This document shows, one piece after another, positions 16,630 to 30,227 of a DNA stretch of 64,000 bases. The stretch is taken from NCBI RefSeq assembly GCF_009914755.1, contig NC_060944.1; one strand, given 5' to 3'. The notes under the pieces are model-generated. The model searched no databases. It was given only the letters and a program-made list of their open reading frames with translations, and had not been told where the DNA came from. Every line of letters starts with the position of its first letter. Positions within the stretch are counted from its first letter, which is position 1. The position numbers were made by a program, and so were the translations under genes. The DNA comes from the human T2T-CHM13v2.0 reference genome, Homo sapiens.

Positions 16630-17145
16630 CTATGGCAAGTCACAAGAAACAATAACTATGATATTCCAACTCTTCACATCAAGTGGTGGAGTCAGTTTCC
16701 CCTCTACTTGAACATGGACTGACTTTGTGACTTTCGTTAGCAAAAAGAATATGGTGGAAGTGACCTATGTGCCAGTTATAAGATGAGGCCTTGACATTGC
16801 AACTCTTGTAGTTGGGACTCCTGCTATTTCCATCAGAACAAGTCCAAGCTAGCCTGTTGGAAGATAAAACATTATACAGAACTTAGTTTATTTATCTCAT
16901 TTGTCCAAGCCATGGACCCAAAACTTATATGAGAAAGCCCAGCCAAGAAGAGCCAAAGTGAAATGCATCTGATCTGTTAGATGACCACGGTTGCATGATC
17001 AAGTCCAGCCAAGATCAATCTAGCTTGATCAAGATCAAAAGAACTGCAGACCCAACATATAGAATCTTGTAGCAACAAGGAATTATTATTTTAAGTGACT
17101 AAATTTTAAGGAGGGTTGTTAATCAGCAATAGATAATTGATACAA
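16630..17145 (+). mobile_element. MLT1F/G/H-type MaLR LTR
   Basis: catcaagtggtggagtc...cttgaa, tgtgacttt, gtggaagtgac and the 3' end ttttaagtgactaaatttt...cagcaatagataattgataca. Confidence 0.7.
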
Positions 17146-17759
17146 TCTTAAGCAATAATAGATTTTTTACTTTACATTATAAGAAATTTCAAATTGGCTC
17201 ACCCTGCATACCAGTATCACCAAGGACCCAGATGTTCTGTCAGCTTCAGCATATTTTTGCTTGTTTTTTCATTTGTTTTTATTTTTTCTCTTTACACTGA
17301 CAGTGTTTCTTACAAGATGACTGATACATTTCAAAGCACCATTTCTTGTTATAACGGCACTCAAGGTAGGAAGAAAAGATACTTCGATTTCTCATTTCTC
17401 TTTTTTTCTTCAGGAAAACAAAATCTTACCCAGAAGTCGCTCAGCACACTTCTGGCTAAAATTGAATCATTTACCCACTGAAACCCATCATATATAAAAT
17501 AAATTGATATGAAATTGACCAAGTTTTAATGTTATGATTTACTCCATAGGCATGCTGTCACTCAAACAAATTAATCACCTAAACATTAAAGAAGATGGTA
17601 AAATTGATAGAAAAACAAAACACTAACACATTAAAAATATTTAAATGCTAATTACTCTGAAGTCTGCATACAAGTTAAGATGCACGTTGGAGAAGAGGGC
17701 AGGATCCATTCATACAAAGAACCGTAATAAAGATATTGGAAATATCTTTCTTATTTAAA

Positions 17760-18300
17760 TATATTTAAATAAGTGAGGAAAAATTATAGCAGCAATTAAG
17801 GAGAGTGATGAATGGATTATAAGTGAGAAAAAGAAGAGGAGAATCAGAGAAAAAAAGGAAACTAATTAGGAGACTACGTTCCTAAGTCCAAGTGAGAGAA
17901 TATGACTAGTGTGACATAGATTAAGAAAGCTATAAATAGCTAAAAGTGTATGGATTTGTAATGAGTTTTAGAAGCAGGCTTGCTAATGAAGCACTTTCTG
18001 TCAGGGAAACATACCACTCAGGATTTATTCCACTGTTTGTGTCACTGGAGTTCTTGATTTTGCCATTTCCTAAAACTGACTGTTACTGGGGCAAGGTTTG
18101 AGAGAGGGAAGGAGTGTACTGAGAACGTTAAATGTAAAACACCCATTAGACATTTAAGTGGAGCTGTTCAGAAAGCAACTTGATACATGAACCTATATCA
18201 ACTGAGGATTTAGTACTGGAAATACTGATTGAGGGTTCAGTATATTGACAGTATTTGAAGTAATGGGTAAGAATCAAGTTACATAGGAGAAAGTAGACAA
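17760..18300 (-). mobile_element. L2 fragment
   Basis: attaggagactac...gtccaagtgaga, tgccatttcctaaa and attgacagtatttgaag are decayed L2 motifs. Confidence 0.5.
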
Positions 18301-18478
18301 AGATTGCATCTACTAGCATTACTTCTCCAAACTCATCTCTCATTCCCTAAAATTGTACAGTTGTACAATATACAGCCTCAAATTTCATATGTTAAATAGA
18401 ATCCTAAAGTAAAACACGTGTTCAAAGGTTAACATGCTGCCCACTTTCAAATTTTATTGATTTACTGCTATTTTATAA

Positions 18479-18793
<315 letters not shown>

Positions 18794-19374
18794 CCTAAAA
18801 CTTTTAAATAACTGCTGTGATTTGCTTCTTGGGAGCATTTAGCTCAGTAAGTACCAGATCAACCCACCAACTTGTGATATTGTTTAATACATGTGAATAT
18901 CACCATTCCGGGGAAATCTTACAGTATCAGGCTTTGCAAGGGAATAATTAGATGTGTCTTAGGAGCTTTTATTTTACTTTATTTCATATATATGGTGACT
19001 TAAAGCAGGGTAACAATATGCTGTGATAGCACACTGGTATCAAAATTTTAAAAAACAATCTATGTTTGCAGAACTAAGACCAGTTCAATTTTGCAAGCAT
19101 CTGGGGTAAGTCCACTCTATTTCTATGAAACCCAAATTTCATAGAAATGTTCACAGAAATTGGGTTCCTATGAAACCCAAATTTAAACTTTGTTTACTTA
19201 CAACTCTGTGAATACATAATTCCTCCCATCTTCATTGCTCTCAGATTTATAACTGCTTCATGTAATTTTCCTTAGATTAATTTATGTAGAATTATTTAAA
19301 AACTAAAAACACAATTTATAATGAAAGTGCGTATTAGTTGAAGTTATATTCATTATTTTTGATACAAAGTCACT

Positions 19375-19560
19375 TAAAAATTAATAGCACACATATGATC
19401 CCACAATTCCACTTCCAAATATATATTTAAAAAAATTAAAAGCATGGACTCAAATGGAAATTTTTACACCAATGTTCATAGCAGTATTATTCAAAACAGC
19501 CAAAAGGTGGAAGCTATCCAAATGTCCGTCAACAGATAAATGGATAAAATAAATAGTTTG
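19375..19560 (+). mobile_element. L1MB-type 3' ORF2 fragment
   Basis: catatgatcccacaattccacttc...aatgttcatagcagtattattc...aaatgtccgtcaacagataaatggataa. Confidence 0.75.
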
Positions 19561-20009
19561 CACATTTCTGATTTACTTTTCTTAGATTATAATAACTTAA
19601 TTTTAAATATCTGCAGAGCAAAAAGGCACAGAGATTGAAAAATACATTTTGGAAATATTGCCTTTAAAGGAATTTCTACTATTCAAATTAAATATAATGC
19701 CAAAATAATATTTGTTAAAGCTTAACCAGGGACTAATTTACAACATAAGCTTAGCTTGGAAAACAAACAAAAACAGACCTTGTTCTAAAATGAAAACCGA
19801 CTATTTGACTTAAAATTTGGAATTTTGAGCAAATAACTTTGTTTTAGAATTACATTTAGCTATTATTTACCATTGGGCAAATTCATGACTATTCATGAAG
19901 TAAATTAGTTTCCCTGCACCATTCACAGGGCCTGCAACACAGTAAGGATTCAATAATTGTTTCTTGTTTAAATGAAAAAAAAAATAATGAGTTTATAATA
20001 TCTAGTTAC

Positions 20010-20470
20010 TTTTTATTTTTAAATTAACAAACTTAGTTTTTTGAACTGCTGCAGGCTTATAGAAGAATTGAGTGCAAAGTTCAGAAAATTCCCATATATC
20101 TACCCCACTAACATATGGTATATTTGTTCAAATTGATGAGAAAATATTGAAATATTAACTAAAATCCTTGGTATATATTTGGTTTCCCCTTTCTGGTTGT
20201 ATATTTTGTGGGTTTTGAAAAATGTATAATGGCATGTATTTACTATATTTATCTATATACATGCCATTATACATTTGCACAGAATAGTTTGACTGCCAAT
20301 CAGTGGTTACCAAGGACATAGGAGGGGAGGAAGAGGGATCAATAGGTGGAATACAGGGATTCACGGTATTCACTATCTTCTAGTTTGGCCTTTTCCAGAA
20401 TATCATGGAGTTGGAATCACAGAGTATGTAACCTTTGTCAGATTGGCTTCTTAACTTAGCAAGATGCATT
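20010..20470 (-). mobile_element. L1MC/L1MD 3' UTR fragment containing a micro-inversion
   Basis: Minus-strand L1MC motifs (agaagaattgagtgcaaagttcaga, ccttttccagaatatcat, gattggcttc). One plus-oriented block at 20298-20361. Confidence 0.7.
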
Positions 20471-20479
20471 TTTTGGACA

Positions 20480-22300
20480 AATCAGGTTGTCATAACAAAA
20501 ATGGCATAAACTGGATAGCTTAAACCATAGAAATGTGTTTCACACAGTTCTGGAGGCTGAGAAGTTTAAGATCAAAGGCTGACAAGGTAAAATGGCCCCT
20601 TCTCTTTGCTTCTCAGTAGCCGTTATCTTGCTGGTGTGCTCAAATGACCTCTTACTTGTGCATGCATGGGAAAAGAGAGCTTCTGTGATATCTCTTCTAA
20701 TAAGGACACCAATTCTTTTGAATTAGGGCTCTACACTTATGACCTATTTAACTTTAATTGCCTCCTAAGGACTTTATTTCCAAATGCAGTCAAATTGAGT
20801 ATTAGAGATTCAATCTATGAATTGTGGAGACAAACCAGTATATGATATTTAACTCTTGGTCTCCCAAAATTCATATTCTTTTCACATGCAAAGCATATTC
20901 ACCTTTTCCAACAGTCTTCCACATCCTAATTCATTCTAGCATCAGCTCTAAAGTGTAAAGTCTCATCTAAATATCATCTAAATCAGGTATGAGTGGGACC
21001 TTAGGTATGATTCATCATGAAACAACATTTCTCTAAAGCTGCTGACCTGTGAAACTAGAAAAGTTATGTGGTTCCAAAATACCACCTAACTTTCATAGTA
21101 TGATGGGACAGGCATAGGATAAACATTCTCATTCCAAAAAGGAGAAATATGAAAGGAGTAGCAGCTCCCAAGCAAGTCCAAAAACAGGCAAAGCAAATTT
21201 CATTAGATCTTAAGGTTCAATAATAATTCCCTCTGGCTCAATGACTCATCTTCTGGACTGATTGGGGTGGTGACTCTGCCCCCAAGGCCCTAAATGGGGT
21301 TGTTGCCAGGCTCAGGTCTTCCTCCCAAGGCCCTGCTGGCAGAGGCCATCTGGCCAGTTGAAACTAAGCCGGTGACCCTGATAATTCTGAATTGCCTACA
21401 GTGTTATTTTTCCCTTGTCTTGAAAAACAGTGTATGTTTGCAGCCAAATAACTCTGTTGTCCTGTCCTGTAGAATCCGAGAAGACCCTCAGGCTTCCTTC
21501 ACTTTATCTTATCTCCATCCCCGTCAGTTCAAACTGGCAGTGTTTCTGCCTGTATTATTCCATAATCTCTTTATCAAGTGACAGTCTGGCTATACCTTTG
21601 GTATTCTCTTAGAACATGCTCTTCTCATTTTTTTGCAACACACTCAGGTTGAGAATTCTCTACATCTTTCTACATTTGATTGTTTTTCCCTTAACAATAC
21701 CTTCCTCAATTAATCTCTCTTCTAACATTTAACTATAAGCAGTTAGGAGTATTCAGGCCACACCATCACATTTTGCTTTGAAATCTCCTCAACTACCTAT
21801 CTAATTTCATTGTTCACAATTTTGATTTTTTGCAAAACACTAGAACACATTTTAGTCAAGTTCTTTGCCACTTTATAACAAGGATTACCTTTTCTCCAAT
21901 TTTCAATAATCTGTTCCTATTTTTGTCTGAGACATCACCAGAATAACCTTTAATATCATGTTTATACCAAAATTATATTCATGATTGTATATGCTTTCAT
22001 TAAGAAGTTGGAGGCTTTCTCTCTATCTCCTTTTCTTTCTGAGCCCTCATCAGAGTCACCATTCATAGCCAATGTCCATCAACAGTCCCTCCTTGGCAAT
22101 GTGGATTTTTTTCTAGCATGCACCTCAAAACTCTTACTGCCCTCTCTTATTACCCAGTGCCAAAACTGCTTCCACATTTTAAGTGCCTCTTACAGCAGCA
22201 TTCCCTTCTCTGTACCAAGATCCATTTTGTTGAACTCAGTCATGTTGGGAGTTAGGACGTCAACATATGAATTGGGGAATGTGGGCATGATTCAGTCCAT
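20480..22300 (-). mobile_element. MLT1A-type LTR, MaLR internal region and partial second LTR
   Basis: LTR motifs at 20480-20845 and 22235-22300 enclose MaLR-int text (aagtctcatct, ggtatgattcatc, acaggcataggataaacattctcattccaaaa). Confidence 0.75.
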
Positions 22301-23742
22301 AGTACATTTCAAATGCCAGATTAATAGAAAGCATGAGGAAGTTGTAATTTGTTATTCCAGAGTCTGCACAAACAGCTGTCACCATGCTTGGAGGCCATTT
22401 GTTAGATTGGTAGCGTATGGGCCGCCATTGTTCCTTGCGGCAGGCAGAGTGAGTTGATGGTGGTGTGCTCTCCTTTGGATCTCCAATTGGTTGTCATAGC
22501 CATCCTTCACAACCACTCCCAAATTAGTAAAGATGAACCTGGAGGAGCATTTGCTATCCCTGGTGTACAGAAGCAGAAAAGAACGAATGTACCAGCAGTT
22601 TTATCAGTAGTCACCATAGAGTATCACCCTAAAATGAGATACGAGAATGTTGAAAATGACACTCCTCTGACATATGGAACGATGATATAGTTATAGAGCT
22701 GCCATAGTGACCTATACTTGAGAAAAGCCTGACTTCCAAACTCTATATTTAGTAATTCCTTAAGAAGACAGGCTCAGGTATTTTTTCAAGTGAAGCAGAA
22801 TCCCACATCTACTCCAGGGAATCCAACATCCTAACCAGAGCTGGAATGATGTCAAAATATAACTTTCTCCTTTCATGAGCAAAACTCTTTATGTGTATTT
22901 TAATTAATATTATATTTTCTGCAAATTCTTACTTCATGGCACAAGAAAGTCAAATCAGATAAACTGAACATAATTTTACAGCTGTGGCAGAATTGTTTTG
23001 CCATTTCTGTGAGATGTATTCCTTCTAAGCATAGTATATAGACGTATAATTCTGATTATATTATTACTTTGTATCTTTCCCTAGCAAAAATTAATTAATT
23101 TCTAATAGATTGGGGTATGGCTTTCACCTAGTATAAGAAATTCAAATAATAACCAAACAGGGAATAGTTTCCAAATGAGTATATGAAAATTTAATAATAT
23201 GTGAATTTAAATATTCTTTTATATATATAGATTAAGTATTGTTTCAATAATTTATCAGTCATTTAAGTAGATGCTACTGTAAAGCAGGCCATTTCAAATC
23301 GTATAATATTTAAAATCCATAATAAGCATACCAAGCACATGTTATATTAATTTTATAGACAGTAAAACTAATAATCAGGCATATTATGTCTTTACAAAAG
23401 GTTTTACAGACTTCAAAAATAATTATACCAGGATCTGAATCTAGAACTTTTTGGTTATTGGTGTGTCTGTATTTCTTTTCTTATGCCTCTAAAAATGTAT
23501 AGTGTCAGGTAAAAATTAATAATACAAAAATAGTTATTTTTGGTATTTAGCAAAATTTTTATAAATTACTTCCTTGAGAAAGGGAATAAAGAGTAATTGT
23601 AACACAATTTTACAAAATCTCTAATTGCCACATAGCAGTTACTTACATTTTATGATGCTGAATAAGCAAAAATTTATTTTTTGAGATCCACAAGATTGTC
23701 TTCCTATAATTTCTAATCATGTGGACTTAGGTGAAAATCTCT

Positions 23743-24302
23743 GTGGTATAAGGCTCCAGTGTGGCTCCTGTAATCCCTACCTTCTCGCGATAACACCTTT
23801 GTGCTCTTAAGTGTGGGCAGGAACTGAGTTACCTCTAACAGTAGCAAATGGCAAATATGAGACCATGTGATTATGTGAACATGATTACATTACATGAGAT
23901 TGTAACTGGTCTTGCTGGGAGACTCTCTGTCATTGGCTTTGAAGAAATAAATTGTCGTGTTGTGCTGTTACATGGAGAGGATCACAGCTTACAGAGCTGA
24001 GTGTGGCCATCAGCTAACAGCTAGCAGGAAGCTGAGGCCCTCAGGGTAATAGCCTTCCAGGTACTTGATGAATACTGTAAGGAACCATATGGATGTGGAA
24101 GAGGATTCTTCCCCAGCTGAGATTCAGGTAAGACCATAGTCTTGGCTGCTACCTTGATTGCAGCCTTGTAAGACTCTGAAGCAGAAGAGTCAGCTAAATC
24201 CCATTCCAAATTCCTAACCAACACAAACCATAAAATAATTCACTTGCTTTGTTTAATCTGCACATTTCATAGTAATAATGCTGTGTGTCAGTAGAGACAC
24301 AA
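23743..24302 (+). mobile_element. MLT1E-type LTR
   Basis: tggctttgaagaa, cagctaacagctagcaggaagctgaggccctcag, accttgattgcagccttgtaagac. Confidence 0.75.
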
Positions 24303-25719
24303 TATTATTTCTTACATTTATACCTTATCATGCTTTATCACTGGCTATTTATACTATCACTTCCAGAAATTTTAATAAGAAATAATTTACATATACACAT
24401 ACACAATCATATATATGTCTTCACATGCCCAAACACACAGCGTATGTGCATATACAGTTGTTTGACTCAGAGAGAGGTGTATCTGACACTTAAAATATTT
24501 ATTTCTAAAATATGCATTTCAAAATATATGGCTGGGCTAATTTTGTCTTTAAGTATCTGCCCTTGGAAAATGAACTGAATTTTCATAAGTAATGAGAAAC
24601 CTGGGTGAAGCTCTCCTAGAAGATTGGCCAAAAAGTGTAAGGCCTGAGGCATTGCCAATTACTAGCTTCCAGAAAATACCAGATGTAGAGGTCACCATTT
24701 TTATTACAAACTATGAAAATAAAACATGTTTTAAAATTTTTTTTGTGCGATGAAAGGCCAAAAGCTGAAGTATGTGTTTGCCATGGAAATAGTGTTTTGT
24801 TTACAGGACTTGTCTTTTCTAGAACTCATCCATTAAATGGTAGGAGAGAACCACTTCAATCTTGACATTGTATTGCATTCGGAGCTTTCATTACTAGAAT
24901 AATATTTGTTCATTTTTCAATAAGAAGCATAAAATGTTCCATTGCTCATTTTGTCCGTTTGTTTAATGACATTGGTAGGCTTGTTACTTAAATTAAATCC
25001 ATCTAAAGAAAATGAATATGTACTGGTTAATCCAACTGAACCCATGTAAATACACTACTGTGGCTCTAAACATTGGCAAATATAACAAACCCTCACTACC
25101 ATACAGGATGGAATGTTACAGATAATGTTCTGCTTCACAACCAATGACGATGGTGCCAGAATGTTCATGTTCTTGTTTTTCCTACTTTCTGATAATTTGT
25201 ACTAATTAAGATAGGACTGGCATTGCAGATGTAGCAACCAAACATTTTATTTCTTCCTTTCACAAAATCACTCTAGTCCGGGTGAGTTTTGGGGGATTTG
25301 GCTGCTACACAGGAATTCATTGAGTTTGCTTTTGTCTTCCGGTTCCACAGTCTCAACACAAAGTCTCCTCATTGCCCTGGCAGAGGAACAGAATACTGGA
25401 GGGTTTTCTACTGACCCAAAGGGACACACATGATTTCTACTCACAGCTGTTTGGCTACAGCTTGTTTCTTGGTCCTGGTTAATTGGAGGAGGGCTAGGAG
25501 AATAGGAAAGTGCAGGTTGCATTTGTCAAGTGTTGTTAATCCTCTCACATCTATCATCCAGGTAAAATTTTTCACTGATCTGTACCCACAAACCAGGGGG
25601 AGTTTTTTTTTAACCACCGACAAGCCTGTTCCTTTGGTCTGTTGCACTTTTGAATCTTTTGGTTCTCTTTTCTTTTTTTTTTTGTATTCCCTGACATGAA
25701 ATAAAATTATACATTTTAT

Positions 25720-25968
25720 CCTTGCGATAGTTTGCTGAGAATGATGGCTTCCAGCTTCATCCATGTCCCTACAAAGGACATGAACTCATCGTTTTTTATG
25801 GCTGCATGGTATGGGGGGAGGGGTAGGGATAGCATTAGGAGATATACCTAATGCTGAATGATGAGTTAATGGGTGCAGCACACCAACATGACACATGTAT
25901 ACATTTGTAACAAACCTGCACGTTGTGCACATGTACCCTAAAACTTAAAGTATAATAATACAATTAAA
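25720..25968 (+). mobile_element. Short 5'-inverted (twin-primed) L1PA3/4-type insertion
   Basis: Antisense ORF2-end piece at 25720-25812 joined to sense 3' UTR and A-tail. 17-bp TSD AAAATTATACATTTTAT at 25703-25719 and 25969-25985. Confidence 0.93.
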
Positions 25969-26204
25969 AAAATTATACATTTTATAACTTTGTCAAATTC
26001 TACATGCTATTTCCTTGCTTGAGCTTAGATTTCTCTTTTTTGACCTAACAAGCCCGTACCATTTTAAAATTCAGTGTTTCAGTGCTACTTAAAAATAGAA
26101 ATGCTCCTTTTATCCGCCAGTCCCTTGCTGTCATAATACTATATGTTAAGTGAAGATTTATTATATAATTTATCAGATTGAATATTTCTCATGTACATTC
26201 CATA

Positions 26205-26206
<2 letters not shown>

Positions 26207-26242
<36 letters not shown>
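26207..26242. repeat. (TG)n microsatellite
   Basis: About 18 uninterrupted TG units. Confidence 0.95.
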
Positions 26243-26244
<2 letters not shown>

Positions 26245-29200
26245 TGTCTGCCTCATTCTTTAACCTTGCCCTACTATAAAGAATAAGGAATGTGAGTACC
26301 CATGTTACAACTACCTGTGCTTCAAAAAGAATGTAGGTTACAGTATTTACACAGTTAATTGTTGAAATAGCTAAAGAGGTTAGCATCATGCTTATGCATA
26401 TTTAAGTGCTCAATACATAGTACCTTTCATGACCATACAAAATAATATTTGGAATATATGATTACTTACAGTGTACAGACTTGGTATATTACTTCTGTAA
26501 CTTTTTACTTATTCATAGGGACTGTTAAATCATATAATTCATTTGATTAGATAGCATTCACAACATTAGAAAATTAAACATAACCACTACAATATTCTAC
26601 ACTTTTGATTACTTGTTTTTGATTCTTTGTCTCCTAGGCAAGAGAAATAGTATCAACAGAGGAATGGAATTATAACTAGAAATTTTATTTTGGTGAATAA
26701 GCTGAGGACTTCCTAGAGAAGCTGTATGATGTGAAATAGTTGCAAATAATGACAAAGTAACTCGTAGATAAGTTACTTTAAGGCTTTATTTGTTAAGTTA
26801 CTGCATAGAGTTGCAAAAGCATCGACAACATATTTCCTCAAAATGTAGAGTTTACAAGTTTTCTGAGCTCCCTGAAGTTTGCAATCTATTCCAGTCTCAG
26901 TGTCCTCTAATTTTACATCAATCTTCTAATGATCTAGATTGCCCATTGCATGCAGCTATCTTTTCATGTTTGATTTGGTTAAAGGAAAATCAGCTTTACA
27001 TTGTGAAAATGCATATTGTTAGCGAATTGTGAAATTGTGAGGAATTGGGCTGTAATTACTGAATATTGGCTCTCCATGAACATGTTGCTAAAACGTGGGA
27101 AGATGTGCCAGAGAAATTGTCTCTCTCCTCAGTAGTCCATCGTTACAGCAACAATTGTGGAAATCAGATGAGATGTGGAACCATTTTTGATTGCCTTAAA
27201 TGGCGCATTTGTATATGCCAGCAAGAATCTATGCTTCTATGTAAATTGAAAAAGGGAAATGAAACAGTCTGTGGATGTGGACTCTCTCAGGTTGAACGTA
27301 GGTGGATCAGCTTGTACTCAACATCTGTTCAGGCTGGAAATGCAGAGGAAGTTTAATATGTTTACTCAATCATACTGGTTTCCTGGGTGCCAAGGCAGAA
27401 AATCTAAAACATATGACTTCTGTTCACACTATGTGGGAGCTATTTAGAACAAAGGTGATGATCCTGGAAGAAAATGTGGAGACGCTATCTCGGGTACCAG
27501 CACAGTTGGACTTCTTTGCTGCCAGCAATCAACAGCCCTTAAACATCAACATTTCAAGGTTTTGTCGACCAGTGTACCAAGTAACCTCTAAAAACATTTG
27601 AGAAGAAATAGAAAATAACACTAGATTATTTCTTAACATATCAAAAGATTATCAACATATGGCCTTGGATGCTTTTCATTCCCCATCCTTATATGTCCAT
27701 ACAAAATTATAATACATTTAATGTAGCATTCCAATCCAGATAGTAGTTTGTGGAGTTAAATTTCAAACTCCCTTTTTGAAAATTTCCTTGCATTCATAAA
27801 CACGTTAGCTATCCAGGACAGCGTGTTGCTCTAGGAACAAAAGTGGGGACTTACAAAGAAGGCAAATTATAAGAAATATATTTCTGTCAAAATTTTATGA
27901 AACAAGGAAAATCATAAAATAAAAATTAATATTAGAAGAAAGTCTTATCAAATTCTATATAATGATTTTTCATCAATATACTTGGCCTCTAATTAGTTAA
28001 AAGGAAGATCATGCAAAGCCCAGAGTTTTTATCTTGTGGTTACTATTCAATTTAAATTCTCATATTCCCCAAAATGTCCTTGTTTTAGTTGGTAAGACAG
28101 CAAGACAGTAGCTACAATTCAGTGGAATTAAGTACTTTGCCATATTCCATGAAATACACAAGGAGAGGTCAGAAGAAACACAATTATTTTTGTCTGGCAG
28201 AATACAAAAAGGTGTCACAGAGTTGGCATTTGAATTGGATTTTGGAAGATGAATGGAAATGCACTAGCTGGAGATGAAAAGAACATAATGGACTGAGGAA
28301 AGTTCCTTTCCAAAAATCAAGAAAGCTGTAAAAGGCACGGGGATTTTAATAATTATCTTCAGTTGGAATTACATGTATGTTGAGTGCAGGGACAAAATTG
28401 AAAAAATAGTTATGCCTGAAAAGTTATATGGGAAATTATTATCAAAGGCTATTGATGTCAAGCTAAGAAGATTACATTTTACCTAAAACACCTAGGATCT
28501 TTAAAGTGGATGTAAGACTAGTTCCTCTTCCCCATTCTTATGTTTTCCATATTGTCCTCCTCCTTGTGAAAAATTCCACCACCGTTGTCAACACTTCACT
28601 TTATATACCATACTAATATAATACTTTCACCCATGAGCAGAATGGATGAGAACATTCTCAGAAATAAATTAAAATTACTACATATATTGTGTTTGAAATG
28701 GAAAACCATGAATAGATACCTTTATAGTAATAAATTAAATCTTAACAGGTGACTTGCAGAGAACATGGTAGGTGGTACAAAAGTAGCAAAGTGGGGTGGG
28801 GAAGTTTGTAATTTCTAAGCAATTCTCTAAATATATTTATTTAGTAATCATCTAGTTCTGGTAGAGTGACTTAACTGAGCGATGCATTTCAGAAACATGG
28901 CTTACAGAAATCAGATATTTAGGATAGTTATAAATAAAATACAACACAAAGATAAGGCATCATTATATATACACACAGGAGCTTCATAATTACAATTATA
29001 TTTGTAAAAGTATAATGTTTAATTATTTAATTGACTAATAAAATTACAATAAACAAAAATGACTGACTTTAAAGATATGACTTGTATAATCAGGCTTGTA
29101 GTTACCTACTTAATATTACATAAATTTATTTAACAAGTAAATAGACAAAAGTTACAATATGAATTTTAATATATATATTATATATGTCTATCCACTTTGA

Positions 29201-29436
29201 AAGTATGTGAATATGTTTAACTTAAATAAATAAGAGGATAAAGAAAAATCGGTCTATCAGATAAAAAAATTAATGATAGAAAAATAAGAAATCCATAAAT
29301 GATATTAAAGCTTCCCTTCTCTGTTGTTGCATGTTATGAATGGTTCTCATATTTACTGAAGAACTAAGGTAAAGTACTGGTTTTGTAAGGGTGGGACATA
29401 CTGACCATAAAGCTTAAGATTAAAATCAAGTGTCAT

Positions 29437-29483
29437 CCTGCACAAGGATGACACACAAATCTGTGAAGTGTTGCATATTTCTT
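29437..29483 (+). pseudogene. U6 snRNA 3'-half remnant
   Basis: cctgcacaaggatgacacacaaatctgtgaagtgttgcatatttctt aligns with U6 CCTGCGCAAGGATGACACGCAAATTCGTGAAGCGTTCCATATTTTT. Confidence 0.85.
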
Positions 29484-30098
29484 GCAGTCCCCAAAAGGAC
29501 ATTTGACTAATTAGCTCCAAGGAAATGGTGTGAGTCAAAGCAAAATGGGTGACACCCAGTATTGCACTTGTGATTTTCATACACAAAATATTTATGTAAG
29601 GTGATCTATGAAAAGAGGTGTGGTAACACATAGGATCTTGTGTGCAATATGTTGTTAGTAGGCCTCTCAGAAATGAGAACATACCAACTTGCATCTTGTT
29701 TGTGGAACTTACAAAAAATAAAGGTAGAGTTTTGTCTTCCACAGCAGCTGGAAATGAACATCGTGACTTAAGCATCATTCTAACAAAGATTTGTTGATTC
29801 AGGTTTAAGGAGGTAGATAAAGAGTAGTAGTAGTCCACGCCAGATGCTGAGATCTGTTAGTTTTGTGCCCTTGGTGTGATTGATGAGGTCAGTAATAGAG
29901 GATGATCAGGTTATGCAATGTAATGAATTAATATATTTATAAATAAATTTCATTACAAATTATAAAATAGCTTAGATGTCTTGAATTACAAGCCACAAAG
30001 AATAGAACATCTAATAACCAAAAGTAGGAATTAATAACAGAAAACTGCAACATTTCAACATTACAACCTATGAAGAAACACTTTTAAGAAAAAATAAA

Positions 30099-30227
30099 TT
30101 TATTTTTTGTAGAGACAGGGTCTCCCTGTGTTGCCCAGGCTGGTCTTGAACTTCTGGGCTCAAGCGATCACCCTGTCTCAGCATCCTAAAGTGCTTGCAT
30201 CACAGGCATGAGCCACTGCACCAGGCC
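30099..30227 (-). mobile_element. FLAM/AluJ left monomer
   Basis: tttgtagagacagggtctccctgtgttgcccaggctgg...gagccactgcaccaggcc, single arm only. Confidence 0.85.

Noticed and set aside
17750-17773. Perfect 24-bp palindrome CTTATTTAAATATATTTAAATAAG
   Set aside because: AT-rich and low complexity, with no associated feature.
26790-27601. Cluster of short ORFs with a faint RTE-LINE-like motif (HVAKTWEDVPEK)
   Set aside because: Similarity too weak to call by eye; would need an nhmmer/tblastn search.
29353-29838. 161-aa minus-strand ORF, and the 158-aa ORF at 21981-22457
   Set aside because: They overlap intronic/U6 and MaLR-internal sequence respectively, with no recognisable homology.
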